DNA of 64,000 nt from Geosiphon pyriformis uo1 (lineage: Eukaryota > Fungi > Glomeromycota), in NCBI GenBank assembly GCA_016748015.1, contig JAAOMT010000082.1, forward strand, positions 110,857-174,856, given 5' to 3'. The notes under the pieces are model-generated. The model did not search any database and was not told the origin of the DNA. It worked only from the letters and a program-made list of their open reading frames with translations. Within the stretch, counting starts at the first letter, position 1; the number at the start of each line of letters is the position of its first letter. A program made the translations under genes and the position numbers. Shown here piece by piece: positions 25,401 to 37,768 of this stretch.

Positions 25401-27237
25401 TTCCTACCATTGGTAAAAATTGGGAAATTTGTGCCAGTAGAAAATCGTGAGGAATTGTCACAAACAACGAGAGGAACTTTTGGTTTCGGATCGACAGGAA
25501 AAGGAATTGAAGCGAATTTCGCTGAAACAATAGAGGAAAAAGGCGAAGTAATTAAAAATGAGTGGTCTATCACGCTCCTACCATATAGAAAATCAGAAAT
25601 AAGAATAAAAAGGACAATTAAAGAAAAAGACCTAATATTTGAGCCCTACCCAGAAACTTGCCAACAGTTTCTCATAGGACTTACTAACCTTTTTATTCCA
25701 GCTGATAAAGCTCAATGGATAAAAATTTCTATCGCAAACACCACAGAAGAACCCGTCTACATTCCGGAAGATACCATCATTGGATACCTCGGAACGGAGC
25801 TAGAAAATGCGTTAACACCACAAAAAATTCTAAATTTCCCAGAAATCGCCCTCTACTGTAAACTCACTTCAATAAATTGGCAACAACCGGTAGAATGCTA
25901 TCAATTTACGCCAGAAGAATTGGCCAAATTAAACATTGGAACAATGGATCCCGACCAACAGCGACAATTAAAAGCATTAATTTTAAAATACTCTGATATA
26001 TTTTCAAGAAATGGCGAATTTGGAAGAACCAACTTGGTTCAACACCAAATCCCCACTGGAGACGCCAGACCTGAAAAACAACGCGCTTACCGTGTCCCAC
26101 CAATGGAGCATAATTTTATCAGAGAAGAAGTCCAAAGCATGTTGGAAAAAGGAATAATACAATCATCAATGAGCCCATGGTCCTCACCAGTTGTTTTAGT
26201 AAGGAAAAAGAACGGAAAAATTAGATTTTGCGTCGACTATCACAAACTAAACAGCAAAACAACCAAAGACTCATACCCAATACCGTTAATTGACGAAATC
26301 TTCGACGTTTTTGGAGGAGCAAANNNNNNNNNNNNNNNNNNNNCCATTTGGATTAACAAACGCTCCCGCGACATTCCAAAGACTAATGGACGTAATTTAC
26401 TCCAGAATCCTGTGGCAATCCGTTGTTGTCTACTTGGATGATACAAATGTTTTCTCGTCAAAATTCACGGATCATCTCCAACATTTACAACAAGTTTTTG
26501 AGAGATTGAGACATGCTGGACTTTAACTAAATCTAGAAAAATGTTTCTTTGGGAAAAATGAGCTGGCATTTTTAGGACACGTAGTTGGAAAAGATGGAAT
26601 AAAACCAGATCCATCAAAAATAGACAAAGTGAAAAATTTTCCAGTACCTCGAAACGTCTCAGAAGTTAGAAGCTTTTTAGGACTTGCATCTTACTACTGC
26701 CGCTTTGTAGAAAACTTTTCAAACATCGTCAAACCCCTTAATTACCTACTATCTAAAAATGTGAAGTTTGAATGGACTGAAGCACAACAAAAAGCTTTTG
26801 AGTACCTTAGACAAAAGCTCATTGAATCACCAATAATGATCTATCCGAATTTCAACAAGAAATTCATTTTGGCCACAGATGCCTCTGGAACTGGACTTGG
26901 AGCCATTCTGTTACAAAAAGATGATAATGGAAGAGAACGTGTAATCGCTTATGCCAGCAGAAGTCTCAGTATGGCAGAACAAAACTACACAGCACATGAA
27001 CTTGAATGCTTAGCAGTAGTCTGGAGTTGTGTTCACTTTGACACATATTTACGGTACCAACCCTTTGAGATTACGACAGATCATAGAGGTCTGGTCTGGT
27101 TAAATAACAAGAAAGCGCTAAAAGGAAAATACGCCAGATGGTCACAAACGTTAGCACTATACGATTATATTATCAAATACAAAGAAGGTACCAAAAATGC
27201 TAATGCCGACTGTTTGTCAAGAATGAGACACACATAA
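22406..27237 (+). pseudogene. A2 single-frame gag-PR-Cys-rich-dUTPase-RT-RNaseH polyprotein
   Basis: ORFs 22610, 23135, 23462 and 24683 share one frame, broken only by transition-type stops; CHFCKRVGHLISQC; dUTPase ~25075-25500 (ASRSSLA, GVIDSGYTG, RGTFGFGSTG); one frameshift in an A-run at ~25275; FCVDY; YLDD; ATDAS; ends CLSRMRHT*. The true N-terminus is lost in gaps. Confidence 0.9.
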
Positions 27238-27267
27238 AAAATCACCAACCCACCCGCCACAACAACA

Positions 27268-28612
27268 ATGAACAACCACCTTTACAAAAACCTCAGCCAA
27301 TACTTGGAAACACTACAAATAGATGAAGAAATGCCAGTAAAAGAGCTAATTAAGCTCCAAAAATTAGCAAAACACTATTTCATCCAAAATCACATACTTT
27401 ATTACCGGAATCGACAAAATCCAGATAATCCATTAAGAGTTATAACCACGGATGAAAAAGAAACTATCTTATTTAACATGCACTCAGATATTCATTCAGG
27501 CCACTTTGGAAAAACAGCAACCATCCAACGTGCAACTAGCCGTTACTATTGGCCAAAAATGAGCTCAGACATAATCCAATACATAAGAAATTGTGACCCA
27601 TGCCAACGAAGAGGAGGAGNNNNNNNNNNNNNNNNNNNNNNNNNNNNNNNNNNNNNNNNNNNNNNNNNNNNNNNNNNNNNNNNNNNNNNNNNNNNNNNNN
27701 NNNNNNNNNNNNNNNNNNNNNNNNNNNNNNNNNNNNNNNNNNNNNNNNNNNNNNNNNNNNNNNNNNNNNNNNNNNNNNNNNNNNNNNNNNNNNNNNNNNN
27801 NNNNNNNNNNNNNNNNNNNNNNNNNNNNNNNNNNNNNNNNNNNNNNNNNNNNNNNNNNNNNNNNNNNNNNNNNNNNNNNNNNNNNNNNNNNNNNNNNNNN
27901 NNNNNNNNNNNNNNNNNNNNNNNNNNNNNNNNNNNNNNNNNNNNNNNNNNNNNNNNNNNNNNNNNNNNNNNNNNNNNNNNNNNNNNNNNNNNNNNNNNNN
28001 NNNNNNNNNNNNNNNNNNNNNNNNNNNNNNNNNNNNNNNNNNNNNNNNNNNNNNNNNNNNNNNNNNNNNNNNNNNNNNNNNNNNNNNNNNNNNNNNNNNN
28101 NNNNNNNNNNNNNNNNNNNNNNNNNNNNNNNNNNNNNNNNNNNNNNNNNNNNNNNNNNNNNNNNNNNNNNNNNNNNNNNNNNNNNNNNNNNNNNNNNNNN
28201 NNNNNNNNNNNNNNNNNNNNNNNNNNNNNNNNNNNNNNNNNNNNNNNNNNNNNNNNNNNNNNNNNNNNNNNNNNNNNNNNNNNNNNNNNNNNNNNNNNNN
28301 NNNNNNNNNNNNNNNNNNNNNNNNNNNNNNNNNNNNNNNNNNNNNNNNNNNNNNNNNNNNNNNNNNNNNNNNNNNNNNNNNNNNNNNNNNNNNNNNNNNN
28401 NNNNACTTGGAAATGGAGCATACAAGCTAAGACTAGATGATAAAATATTAAGAAAAGCAGCACATGGTAACCGGCTGAAATTCTATTACAGTAAACCAGT
28501 AATAACAGCAAAAACACCCAGAATTAGAACACAATTACCTTTAATTCTACCAGAACAAATTCCACGAGATTTAGAACCAATAGTTTTAATTGAACATTAT
28601 TCGAAAAGATAA
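27268..28612 (+). CDS. A2 stand-alone integrase (catalytic core hidden in an N gap)
   Basis: MNNHLYKNLSQYL; HSDIHSGH...CDPC; LGNGAYKL; ends DLEPIVLIEHYSKR*. No stop in the visible parts. Confidence 0.8.
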
Positions 28613-28697
28613 TTAATCTTAGATCACAGCAAAAATGATTTAACAACCATAAAAAACGCATGCAAAAGATTCCAAAATAACATTCAAAATTAAAACA

Positions 28698-28986
28698 ATG
28701 ATACTTATTCCAGAAAACATCAACAATATAACTCAACAATTAGTTGAAAGCTTACAACAATTAAAATCTGATCTAGAAATCACAGTTAATAGCTCCAAAA
28801 TAACATACATAAAAAGAACAATAGAAAATCCAAAAACAAGAAAAGAACATAATTTCGAACCATATAATATTGCCAAATATAACAACAAATTTATTAGCAA
28901 AGTTATTGAAAAATTAGAGATAGCATTGGGCAATACATTAATAATGAAAAAAATAGAAATAAGTGAATTAACACCAGACACATTTA
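28698..28986 (+). CDS. A2 ORF3, truncated by a gap
   Basis: MILIPENINNITQQLVESLQ..., open up to the N run. Confidence 0.7.
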
Positions 28987-29006
28987 NNNNNNNNNNNNNN
29001 NNNNNN

Positions 29007-29777
29007 TAACATAGTAGCAAACACCATCTCGCGATAGTGGCAAGCACCAGTTCACAATATCAGCCAACACCAACTGGTGATAGCAGCAAACACCAGGTTG
29101 AAATATCAAAAAGAAAGTATTTTCTCGTAGAACTACAAACATGTATATATACAGTAGTTTTAATATTGGGAAAGAATCAATCAAGTAATAAAAATCATAA
29201 CTTATCAAGCAATAGATCCAATTTTATCCAACAAACTCCACTTTAAATCATACTTTCAAATTAAATATCCCAAGAAACCTTTAAAATCAAAAAGAAATGA
29301 AAAAGAATATTTAAAACTGAACTATCACAACCCAAAGTATTAAGAAACTTACTTGTATTATTTATTGAATGAAACTATTATTCATCAACTGAATCCCTTG
29401 GAAGAATAATCCTTGATCAAGATTATTCACGTTGTTACTAATTGATAAAAGCTTTATTGTGAGAATTAGAAAAGCGCTAAAGACCATTAACATTCTGTGT
29501 TTCTAAATTAGAGAAACACATCAGGCAATTGCAAGGATAGCCTCAGAGAAGACCCCAGACAGTGGGTAGATTTCAGTTCAGCCTCTGAAAAGGAGTACAT
29601 AAACACACACAACAATCAAGAATTAAAGAATAACTTACATTGCAACAGTAAAAAGAAAGCCTTCAGTGTAACAAGTGACCTTATCACACAAATAGAATTG
29701 AGGAACTCACGAAAGACTGATTGCAATTAAAGCGGGATATCAGCAATTAAATATAACAAGAAAACCATCCCGTAACA
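29007..29777 (+). repeat. A2 3' LTR (first ~95 bp lost in gap)
   Basis: Matches 20972-21742. Confidence 0.92.
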
Positions 29778-30297
29778 CCATTATAACTGATAACAGTAGA
29801 ACACATACTGTTATTAGACCAAAGAAAACTACTACCAGAAAAGAAAAAATTGGTAGCAAAATAGATAAATATCTGTTGGAAAGTATAACAGCAGCTATAC
29901 TCTCATCTTCCAGCACAATTAGAAAAACAATCCAAGAAATCTTGTCCATAGACAAAAATTTGTCATATAGAAGACAATTAGAACTTTATGGTTGCCTTAG
30001 AGAAATTATAAAGGATATGAAACTCTTGAAAAAAACAATTTCAGAGATACAGACAGAAATTTTGGGCATTATATGATTAGATGTTCCAAGAGTTTTAACT
30101 ATTGCTAAAAGAGCCAAAACTTTAATACAAAGATTTGGTCTCTTGAATACAAAACTCATTTTGCTTTAAATACTATATATCCTATTTACAAAAGACTTCA
30201 ACAAATTAGTTAGCTTTGAGTTAGATAAAACTCTTTAAATAGATTATATCATAAATAGCTTGATTTTACCAGAGCTCAATCTCTTTGGAAAAGATGA

Positions 30298-31025
30298 TGT
30301 TATGATTGAAACCTATACTTCTTATTAATTATCACATATATTAGCTACTGATGTTATATAATTAGCCACTTTATTTTTAGATAGTAATTATTGACCTGAT
30401 CAATGACCTGATTGTTGATCTGATTAATGATCTGATTATTGACTTAATTATTGACCTGATCATTGATCTAGTCATTGACTTGATCATTGATTACTTTTGA
30501 TAGCTATATAAGTAATGAATTTCTTAGCTGTAGAAAAGCATGTTAGAAATCAAAGAAATAAAATAAATAAAATAACAACTTTCATCTCAATTTTTCTCTT
30601 CTTGCTAATTTCTCTTCTCTATTTTTAAGTATCTGAACATCTTAAAAATAAAAAATTACTTATTGGTTATTTCTTACCTTTTTCCTAAAATATGTAATTG
30701 CAGTATTTGAAGATTATTGAATAAAACATGACTGAAGAGTATATCTAATATCTGATATTGAATTCTAAGAGTGCCAACATAAGGCATAAAATTATACCAG
30801 TATGTGATCATTTGTTGACAGTACAAACTATTCCTCTACCTTTAGATTTTCCAGTTATCTTTTGAAAAGTATAGTGACTGAGATATTTTATGAGACTGAT
30901 TTCACACATTGAATTCATACTCATTCAATTCACTTTTTAAAGTTGAATTCCTTTTTATTTCTTTCATCACCCTACAATTCTGTTTTCTCTTGCTATTTAT
31001 TAGCTTTTTATTCCAACTCGTAACA
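30298..31025 (+). repeat. C1 3' LTR
   Basis: Preceded by GAGCTCAAT and a purine tract (GGAAAAGA); matches the 5' LTR. Confidence 0.9.
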
Positions 31026-31737
31026 ATACTATAAAACACACACTATTTGACTTAACATATAAAAAAACAACAACATTACCAATTAATTTTACAGTAGAAA
31101 CATATTCAGTACAACCTATTACAGAAAAAAACTTTTAAAAAATACTATAATAAAAAGCCTATACACTTTTTAGTACTTTAGAAAGGAAACAACAAATAAC
31201 AGCCACTCATATTGAACACTTTCAAGCTTAACAAAAAGAACAGCATGACAACAAATTGCCACCAGTTACCAATGAATTCAAAGTTAGAAACAAAGTTTTC
31301 TTACACAGAACTAAGACTAAAAAACAGTAGAGTGAAAAATTTGAACATAAATAAGATAGACTATTCTATATTTACAAAATCTTAAGCAATAAATCATATA
31401 AATTAAGACTTAATGACAAAATTTTTGTCAAAGTTGCACATGAAAATCAATTAAAATAATATTATTCAAGAAACAATCCTGAATTATTAATTTTACAAAT
31501 TAATACATATTCCTCTTTAATTAATTTTGAAGATATTTTCCAAAATTTAGAATCAATAGTTGTAATAAAACAACAACCAAACCAAAATATTTAATTAGTT
31601 ATTATATTAATATCCTCTTTAAATAATACAAAGTAGCAAAACACAAAAATAGAAAAATAATCAACAGAAATACCAAAACCAAAAATAATTTTTTTTTTTA
31701 AATTTTCTTTTTACAACAAATTCTTTCAAATTTTATA

Positions 31738-32414
31738 ATGTTTATTTCTCAAAACATTCAACAAATATTCCAAAAACTAATAATAGTCTTGAAAACATGT
31801 TTTGACTTATTTATAATAATTAATAGAAGTCAAATTAATTACATTCAAAAAGAAACTACAGTCTTAGTAGTAAACAATTCTAAAAGTTACCATCCTTATA
31901 AAAGAAACACAAGAAATTATTTAGGAATTTAATTACCAAAACTTTTAAAGCAAGCTTTAAAAAAAAATCTTTTATTTGCTCTTATCAACATTCTACCAAA
32001 TACTACAATCCAACAAAAACTTCTATTATTCCTCAATAAACAAAACAATAAACATACTCTTATTTATAGATATTTTCATATTAAAAGAACATTTTATGAA
32101 TAAAAACTAAAACTTGAAACAACAAACATTATTCTTAAAACTATATAAAAACAAATTCACAATGAATTCAAAATAGCAGACAAACCAACAAACACCTATT
32201 ACAAACTTAAAGCAGTTCTTAAACTCTATAATTTATTCAATACTTGTAAAAATATTCTATAAAATCCAATACTTTAACCATTGAAAATTTAATATATTAA
32301 CAAATTCACAAAACTGAAATTTTAACAATATTCAGATCAAATTACTTCAATAATTTTGGATTACTATCTCAATCTTATGGATAGTGCTTGGTTTTTAATA
32401 GAGCTCAGTCTTAA
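31738..32414 (+). pseudogene. B ORF3
   Basis: MFISQNIQQIFQKL resembles the A and D ORF3 starts; ends ...RAQS* at the PPT. Confidence 0.6.
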
Positions 32415-32425
32415 GAAAGAGATTA

Positions 32426-33377
32426 TATTATTAGCAGAATTTAGTTATTAATTAGCATGAAATTAATCTTATAATTTCTATTATTAATTAGTATACATTA
32501 TTATCATTTCAATTATTACTTATTAATTAATCAAATTATTAAATATCACCATTTAATTAATAATCCAATTTGTATTATAAAAATTAAAATGATCAAATTA
32601 CACAATATCCTGAACCATTTAATATTCAAAAATTGGCCGAAATTTGGTAAAAATTGGCCAAAATAATTAATAAGTTATAGAAATAACTTGTAGTTTGCCA
32701 AAATAATAACAAAAGAAAAAGTGTAAATTCAAAGACTAATACTACAACAAATTGTATAAAAAAAGAGCTTCTCTTTTCAAGAAAATGTATTTTACTCAGA
32801 ATTATCTTATTTTAGATATTTTAATTAGAACAAATTATCTCTTATATATCTTTACAAAAATCAAATAAAAATTAAAATTTCGAAAACCAAAACCTTAATT
32901 ATTATACTTGAAATTCACAAAAAAAAAACCCAATTAACATTTTAAAATTAATTAGTTACCAATTTCAATAATTTGTTAGTAATTCTAGACCTAGATAGAA
33001 AATAATTCTCTTGATAAAACTCTATTTCTTTTACATTTTTTTTCTTTTTTTTTTCTTTTTTTATTATAACTATTAAAGTAGTCTATAGACAAGATTTCTG
33101 TAAAAAGTTGACTTTTACAGCAAAGTAACTACATATTTTAGTAAGCTTTTAGACAAACAATTTCTGGAAAAAAGTTGATATTTATTACAACATAATTACA
33201 TAAAGTAATTAGCACAAAATTGGTTATTTTACTTATAAATCCAGCAGTTCAAATTATAAGAGATAATTTAAAAATAAATTCAATTATCAGAGATTTAACT
33301 ACTTTTTTTAATTGTGAATTTACAGCAAACAGACATTAACAACATTCAAGAAAAAAGACCAAAAACCTTTAGTAATA
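32426..33377 (+). repeat. B 3' LTR
   Basis: Follows PPT AAGAAAGAGA; collinear with 6865-7834. Confidence 0.88.
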
Positions 33378-33474
33378 CTAGTTTTTGAGAAACAAGCTAG
33401 CTATAGCTAACTGTTTGTCTTATTTCTCTGATGTAAACTCCTTAAACTCCTATACAGCAGACTCAATTAGCCAT

Positions 33475-36400
33475 TATTACTCATAGAAAAAAATGTATAA
33501 AAAAAATAGTAAAAAAAACAGATAGACCAATAGGAGAATTGTAGTTAACACATAAGCACATTGCTTAACAATATGAAGCAATATCAAAAATTATGGCACA
33601 TTGTTCAGCAATGTAGAACAATATTAGGAAATTAGAACCCATTGCTCAGCAATGTGAATATTGTTCAAGAAATTATAGCATATTACTTGAGAATATAAGT
33701 GATCTTATAGAATCCAAATTATGTATATATAATAAGAACACTAAAAGCAGAAAAAATAGATTTCTCAGAAAAAAAAGACAGCTTAGTTAGAATTATCACT
33801 ATTAATAAAAAGAATAATTATTTACTATCTAAATCATTCTTTTCACTATTAACACTATATGTTGATAGTATTTAATACTTAATCACACTAAAACAATAGC
33901 TCTTGATTATGGCTATTAACAGAATACTAATTTTTGTTGTCTTGGCTTATTTCTTTATTTTTTTTATTTTATTTTATTTTTTTTATTCATTTTCTTGTTG
34001 TTATCAATTGATTTAAGAATTATATATAGATTAATTGATATTAAAAATTGCTTAGTAAAAAATCTCTGCAAATAGATAGAACACATAAAAATTATGAATT
34101 GTTTACCAAAAAAGTACCAGCCATTAAGCTGAGAAAAAAATTGACAAAATTGCAATTCTGAGAAGTTACAAATAAAACAATACTTAAATCTCTGTCTATT
34201 ATACAAAGAATTTAACCAAAACCTTCAGATATGAAAAATCTTCAGATAATACCAATTTTATTAACTATTAAGTACCAAGTTATGAGTTTGTTATTTGATT
34301 TAAGACTCCAAATAATTATCTGTAATATTTGGTGCTTTCTGTAAGATATAATCTTACAGAGAACCAGTACCAACAACAATTATTCAAAAGTGACTGAATC
34401 AAAAAGAATAGAGACAAACCATTTAGGATTTGCCAAATCTTTATTTCAATACTACTGTTAATGTTTGGGATTAATCAGCAACCACCTATTAGCAAAATTA
34501 GTCTTTAATTTCTATGTTAATAAGAGAATTTCATATTTTCTAAAAGCACTAGTAGATACTAAATTAGCCAGAAAAAATTTTTACAATAAATTAATTCAAA
34601 ATACCAGCCTACCAATAAATTATAATTTTGCATTAATTATTACTGAAATTAATAAAGAAATTGAAAATTATACTTAACAGAAATATCTAATTACCTATAC
34701 AAACAAAGACAAAGGGAGACTACAAACATCAGCAGTAACATCTCAGAGAATACAACTACTCATTTGAAAGAAAAAAAGAGTTGAATCACCAACTAATTCC
34801 TCATATCACTATATATCTGGAAGTACTATCAACATTTCATCAACAAATGTGTTCATATTAACTACAAAAACATTATCAGCTCAACTTTTATTTCAAAATA
34901 AACAAAAGAAAGTAGAGTTATTAAGAACTTATGGAAAATATTTTGAAAGATTTAACTTGTGATTACCAACATCATCAAGATTTTAATCTCTGGCACCTCA
35001 ACCTGATTTCAGAACCACCAGTCCTTGAGAAAAAACCAATTCAGAAAAAAAAAAAAAGAAGATCAAGAATTTAATTACCAAAACTCAATACCAGAAAACC
35101 TGAAAATCCAAACTTTGATTGTTCCAACTTAGCAAAATCAAAACAATTCAAACCCTAATATTAATAATCAACAATACTTACCTCTAGTAATCATAATTAA
35201 TCCACCACTAATTGCTGTATTACAACAACAACAACAATTACTCCAACAATTGTCATTATAATACTAACCAATTGTACCAATGATATATGTACTAATCACC
35301 AAATTAGAAAAGTTTACTAACAAAAAAGATAATGCCCAAGTATGGCTTAACAATATAGAAAAAGCCATCACAACCAATAGATGAAATGATGTCAGAGCTC
35401 TCCAAGCCATTTCATATTTCTTACAGGATACTACCAATTTCTGATATTAGAGTTTGATTCAGAAACCCCAAAATTTCAATGCATTTAAAGTGGAATTTTT
35501 AAGATACTTTAGTAATAACAACAGCATTAATTACTTAGCCAATATGTTTACCATTATCAAACAAGAAAACACTAAAGTGGTCACTATTTACTTAGAATAC
35601 TTCCATCAAAATCTGCACCAAATCCAAGCAATTGATACTACCTACTTTACTGAACCACAAATCTTGAACCAGTTCATCCACAATTTGCACAGTAATATCC
35701 TTCAATACATATGTGTATACATTTAGCCAACTTTCAAGCTGTAGTTACACACACTAGAGATCTTGAATTTATTGAACTTAAAGCCAATTACACCTAAGCC
35801 ATAAATCTAGTAATAAATAAATTATCTGACTTGAATTCCAAATTGAAGCAGTTCAATGATTTAATCAATCAAAAACTCAAAGAATACTTAGCTAACAATC
35901 AAACAATATATCAACCTCTACAATAATGCAATAATTCAAAAAACTCAAATTGTTTCCAAAATCAGTTACATCCAGCATCATTATCCAATTAATTGTGACA
36001 ACCAAAGATGTGTGTTTGCTACAATTGTGATAAATAAGATCACATCAGAGCTAGCTGCCAAGTTTATAACAATAACTCAAGATTAGAAAATCAATATCAA
36101 AACCCTAATCACAGGTTTTAAACTCAGAATTATTACTTAAATTAAGATCAATATTAACCAAATTACTCACAAATAATACTGCAGCCAATATACCAACTTC
36201 CAATTTATCAGACTTCAGCACCTGTAATATATCAGTCACAGCTGCAAATAATCTATTAACTCTAATCAATCTAAACACCACTCCAGAACACAGCTTAAAT
36301 AATATTTAGAATTCAAAAACTAAAAAACACACAGCAAAACTGGAGATCAGCAATAGTAGTCTACCAATCAATTTTCAGTTCATCAACCCAACAATTAGGA

Positions 36401-36762
36401 TTACACCAGTGGAGTTTGGAAACTGAATACATCCAAAACCTGAATTTTCAATATTATTTAAGTCTTCTAATGATCCCAAAAGATGCCATATTCAGCAACC
36501 AGAAATCTAACCAAAAACAACTAATTAACAACATACCACCAGCAACTATTATTAATAACAAAACCTTAGCAGTTATTTTTTCCTTTAAAATTGAGAAACC
36601 AACTGAAATGCTTTTTTTTAGTGGAGCCATTCTAAACACCAAAGCAATTACTGCAATATACACTGATGTCAAGATTGATAGTCAGTCAATCAAACTGATC
36701 CTTAATAGCAGGTCAGCAGATAGTATTATTACATAACAACTTATAAACCAATTAGATATTAA
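33475..36762 (+). mobile_element. E1: 3'-truncated Gypsy-like element (LTR 33475-34327, PBS, gag, start of PR)
   Basis: LTR homologous to the reverse complement of 58373-59168; PBS TGGTGCTTTCTGTAAG; gag homologous to D; breaks just after LILNSRSADSII. Confidence 0.85.
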
Positions 36763-37140
36763 GATACATTTTTTTGAAGAAAAAAGCTCTTCTTTTATAT
36801 ATTTTTAAATAATATTTATTAAAGTTCTAATACTCTTTTTTTTGTAATTTTTTCTCTGAATTTTTTAAAACTAATTATAAATTTCAGTAAACTCTTTATA
36901 TTTTAGTAAATTATTGCAAAATTCGTGGATTTTTGCATATTTCGACCAATTTTTACTGTTATAAAATTCGAGTTTAGTTATATTTGTGTATTTACATAAT
37001 TTGAATTATTAATTAAAATATAAATAATTAATAATTTATGAAATAATAATAAAATATAATTTGATTAATATATAATAGGGAATAATAAGAATTATAAAAT
37101 TAATTTTATGTTAATTTTTATTTACTTTTAGTTGATAATA
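36760..37140 (-). repeat. Partial LTR related to family B (U3 through TATA region), inverted
   Basis: Reverse complement has TATAAAAGAAGAGCTTTTTTCTTCAAAAAAATGTAT versus B TATAAAAGAAAAGCTTTTCTTTTCAAGAAAATGTAT, and ATTAACATAAAATTAATTTTATAATTCTTATTATT versus B ATTAACATGAAATTAACCTTATAATTCCTATTATT. Confidence 0.6.
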
Positions 37141-37768
37141 ATGTATTGCAGATAGATTAATTTAGCAATTTTTTATATTTATTAATATTTTTATTTAAAT
37201 ATAAAAAACTTAAAATATCTTATATAATTTAACAAAATCTTTTTTAAACAACTTATTTTAAAAAATACAAAATTTTTTTATATTTAATAAAATTATTATA
37301 ATTATTTTTATATGAATAATTTTATATTTTATTTTTATTATGTTTAAATTTTTTATAATTTTTTATTTAAGCTTATATTTTAAATATTAATTAAAAATTA
37401 ACTTAATTATAATAAATAACAAATATATATTTTATTTATAATATATATTTAACTAAAACTTAAAACTTTGTTTGTTATTTTCAAAATTAATTTTATTAAA
37501 CAATTTTAAATAAAAATTTAAATTATATCTTTTAAAAATAATATTAATAAATATCAACATAATACATTAAAATAAATAGAACTTAATATTTAAACATCTT
37601 AATTTTACAAATATATTTGTAAAAATAATATATTATTTACTTTTTTCTAAACAAATTTTTAATTACATATAATATTAATGTAAATTTGTTTAAATAAACA
37701 GTTACTAATTTCTATTATAAAACAATATGCATAATTTATATATAAACAAAAAAAACTCTATTTTTGTT

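Larger units (their letters stand above)
20876..29777 (+). mobile_element. A2: youngest Gypsy-like element (family A), with assembly gaps
   Basis: TGTTACGG...CCGTAACA termini; exact TSD CCAT (20872-20875, 29778-29781); LTRs differ at about 12 positions by eye; CpG retained. Confidence 0.93.
14332..31025 (+). mobile_element. C1: full-length Gypsy-like element of family C, inserted in the B integrase and interrupted by A2
   Basis: LTRs 14332-15081 and 30298-31025 (TGTTA...TAACA); exact TSD ATAC (14328-14331, 31026-31029). Confidence 0.92.
6865..33377 (+). mobile_element. B: full-length Gypsy-like element, old and heavily mutated, interrupted by C1 (14332-31025)
   Basis: LTR pair 6865-7834 and 32426-33377; flanks TTAG/CTAG (4-bp TSD with one transition); integrase reads through the C1 insertion (KQNT|IKHTLFDLTY). 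Confidence 0.88.

Noticed and set aside
27235-27270. Stop-codon readthrough joining RNase H to integrase
   Set aside because: The spacer is open and in frame only in A2; it is out of frame in A1, B, C1 and D, and contains a second stop in E2. Decay indels mean this is not fully excluded.
27546-28517. Long ORFs of 276-390 aa in several frames
   Set aside because: Produced by translating the ~785-nt N gap.
28440-28612. Chromodomain at the integrase C-terminus (chromovirus)
   Set aside because: The tail is short and lacks the Y-x-V-E and YLVKW-type motifs.
33378-33474. Short host sequence flanking B (joins 6813-6864 once B is removed)
   Set aside because: About 150 bp with no convincing ORF or motif; possibly another element remnant, but it cannot be assigned.
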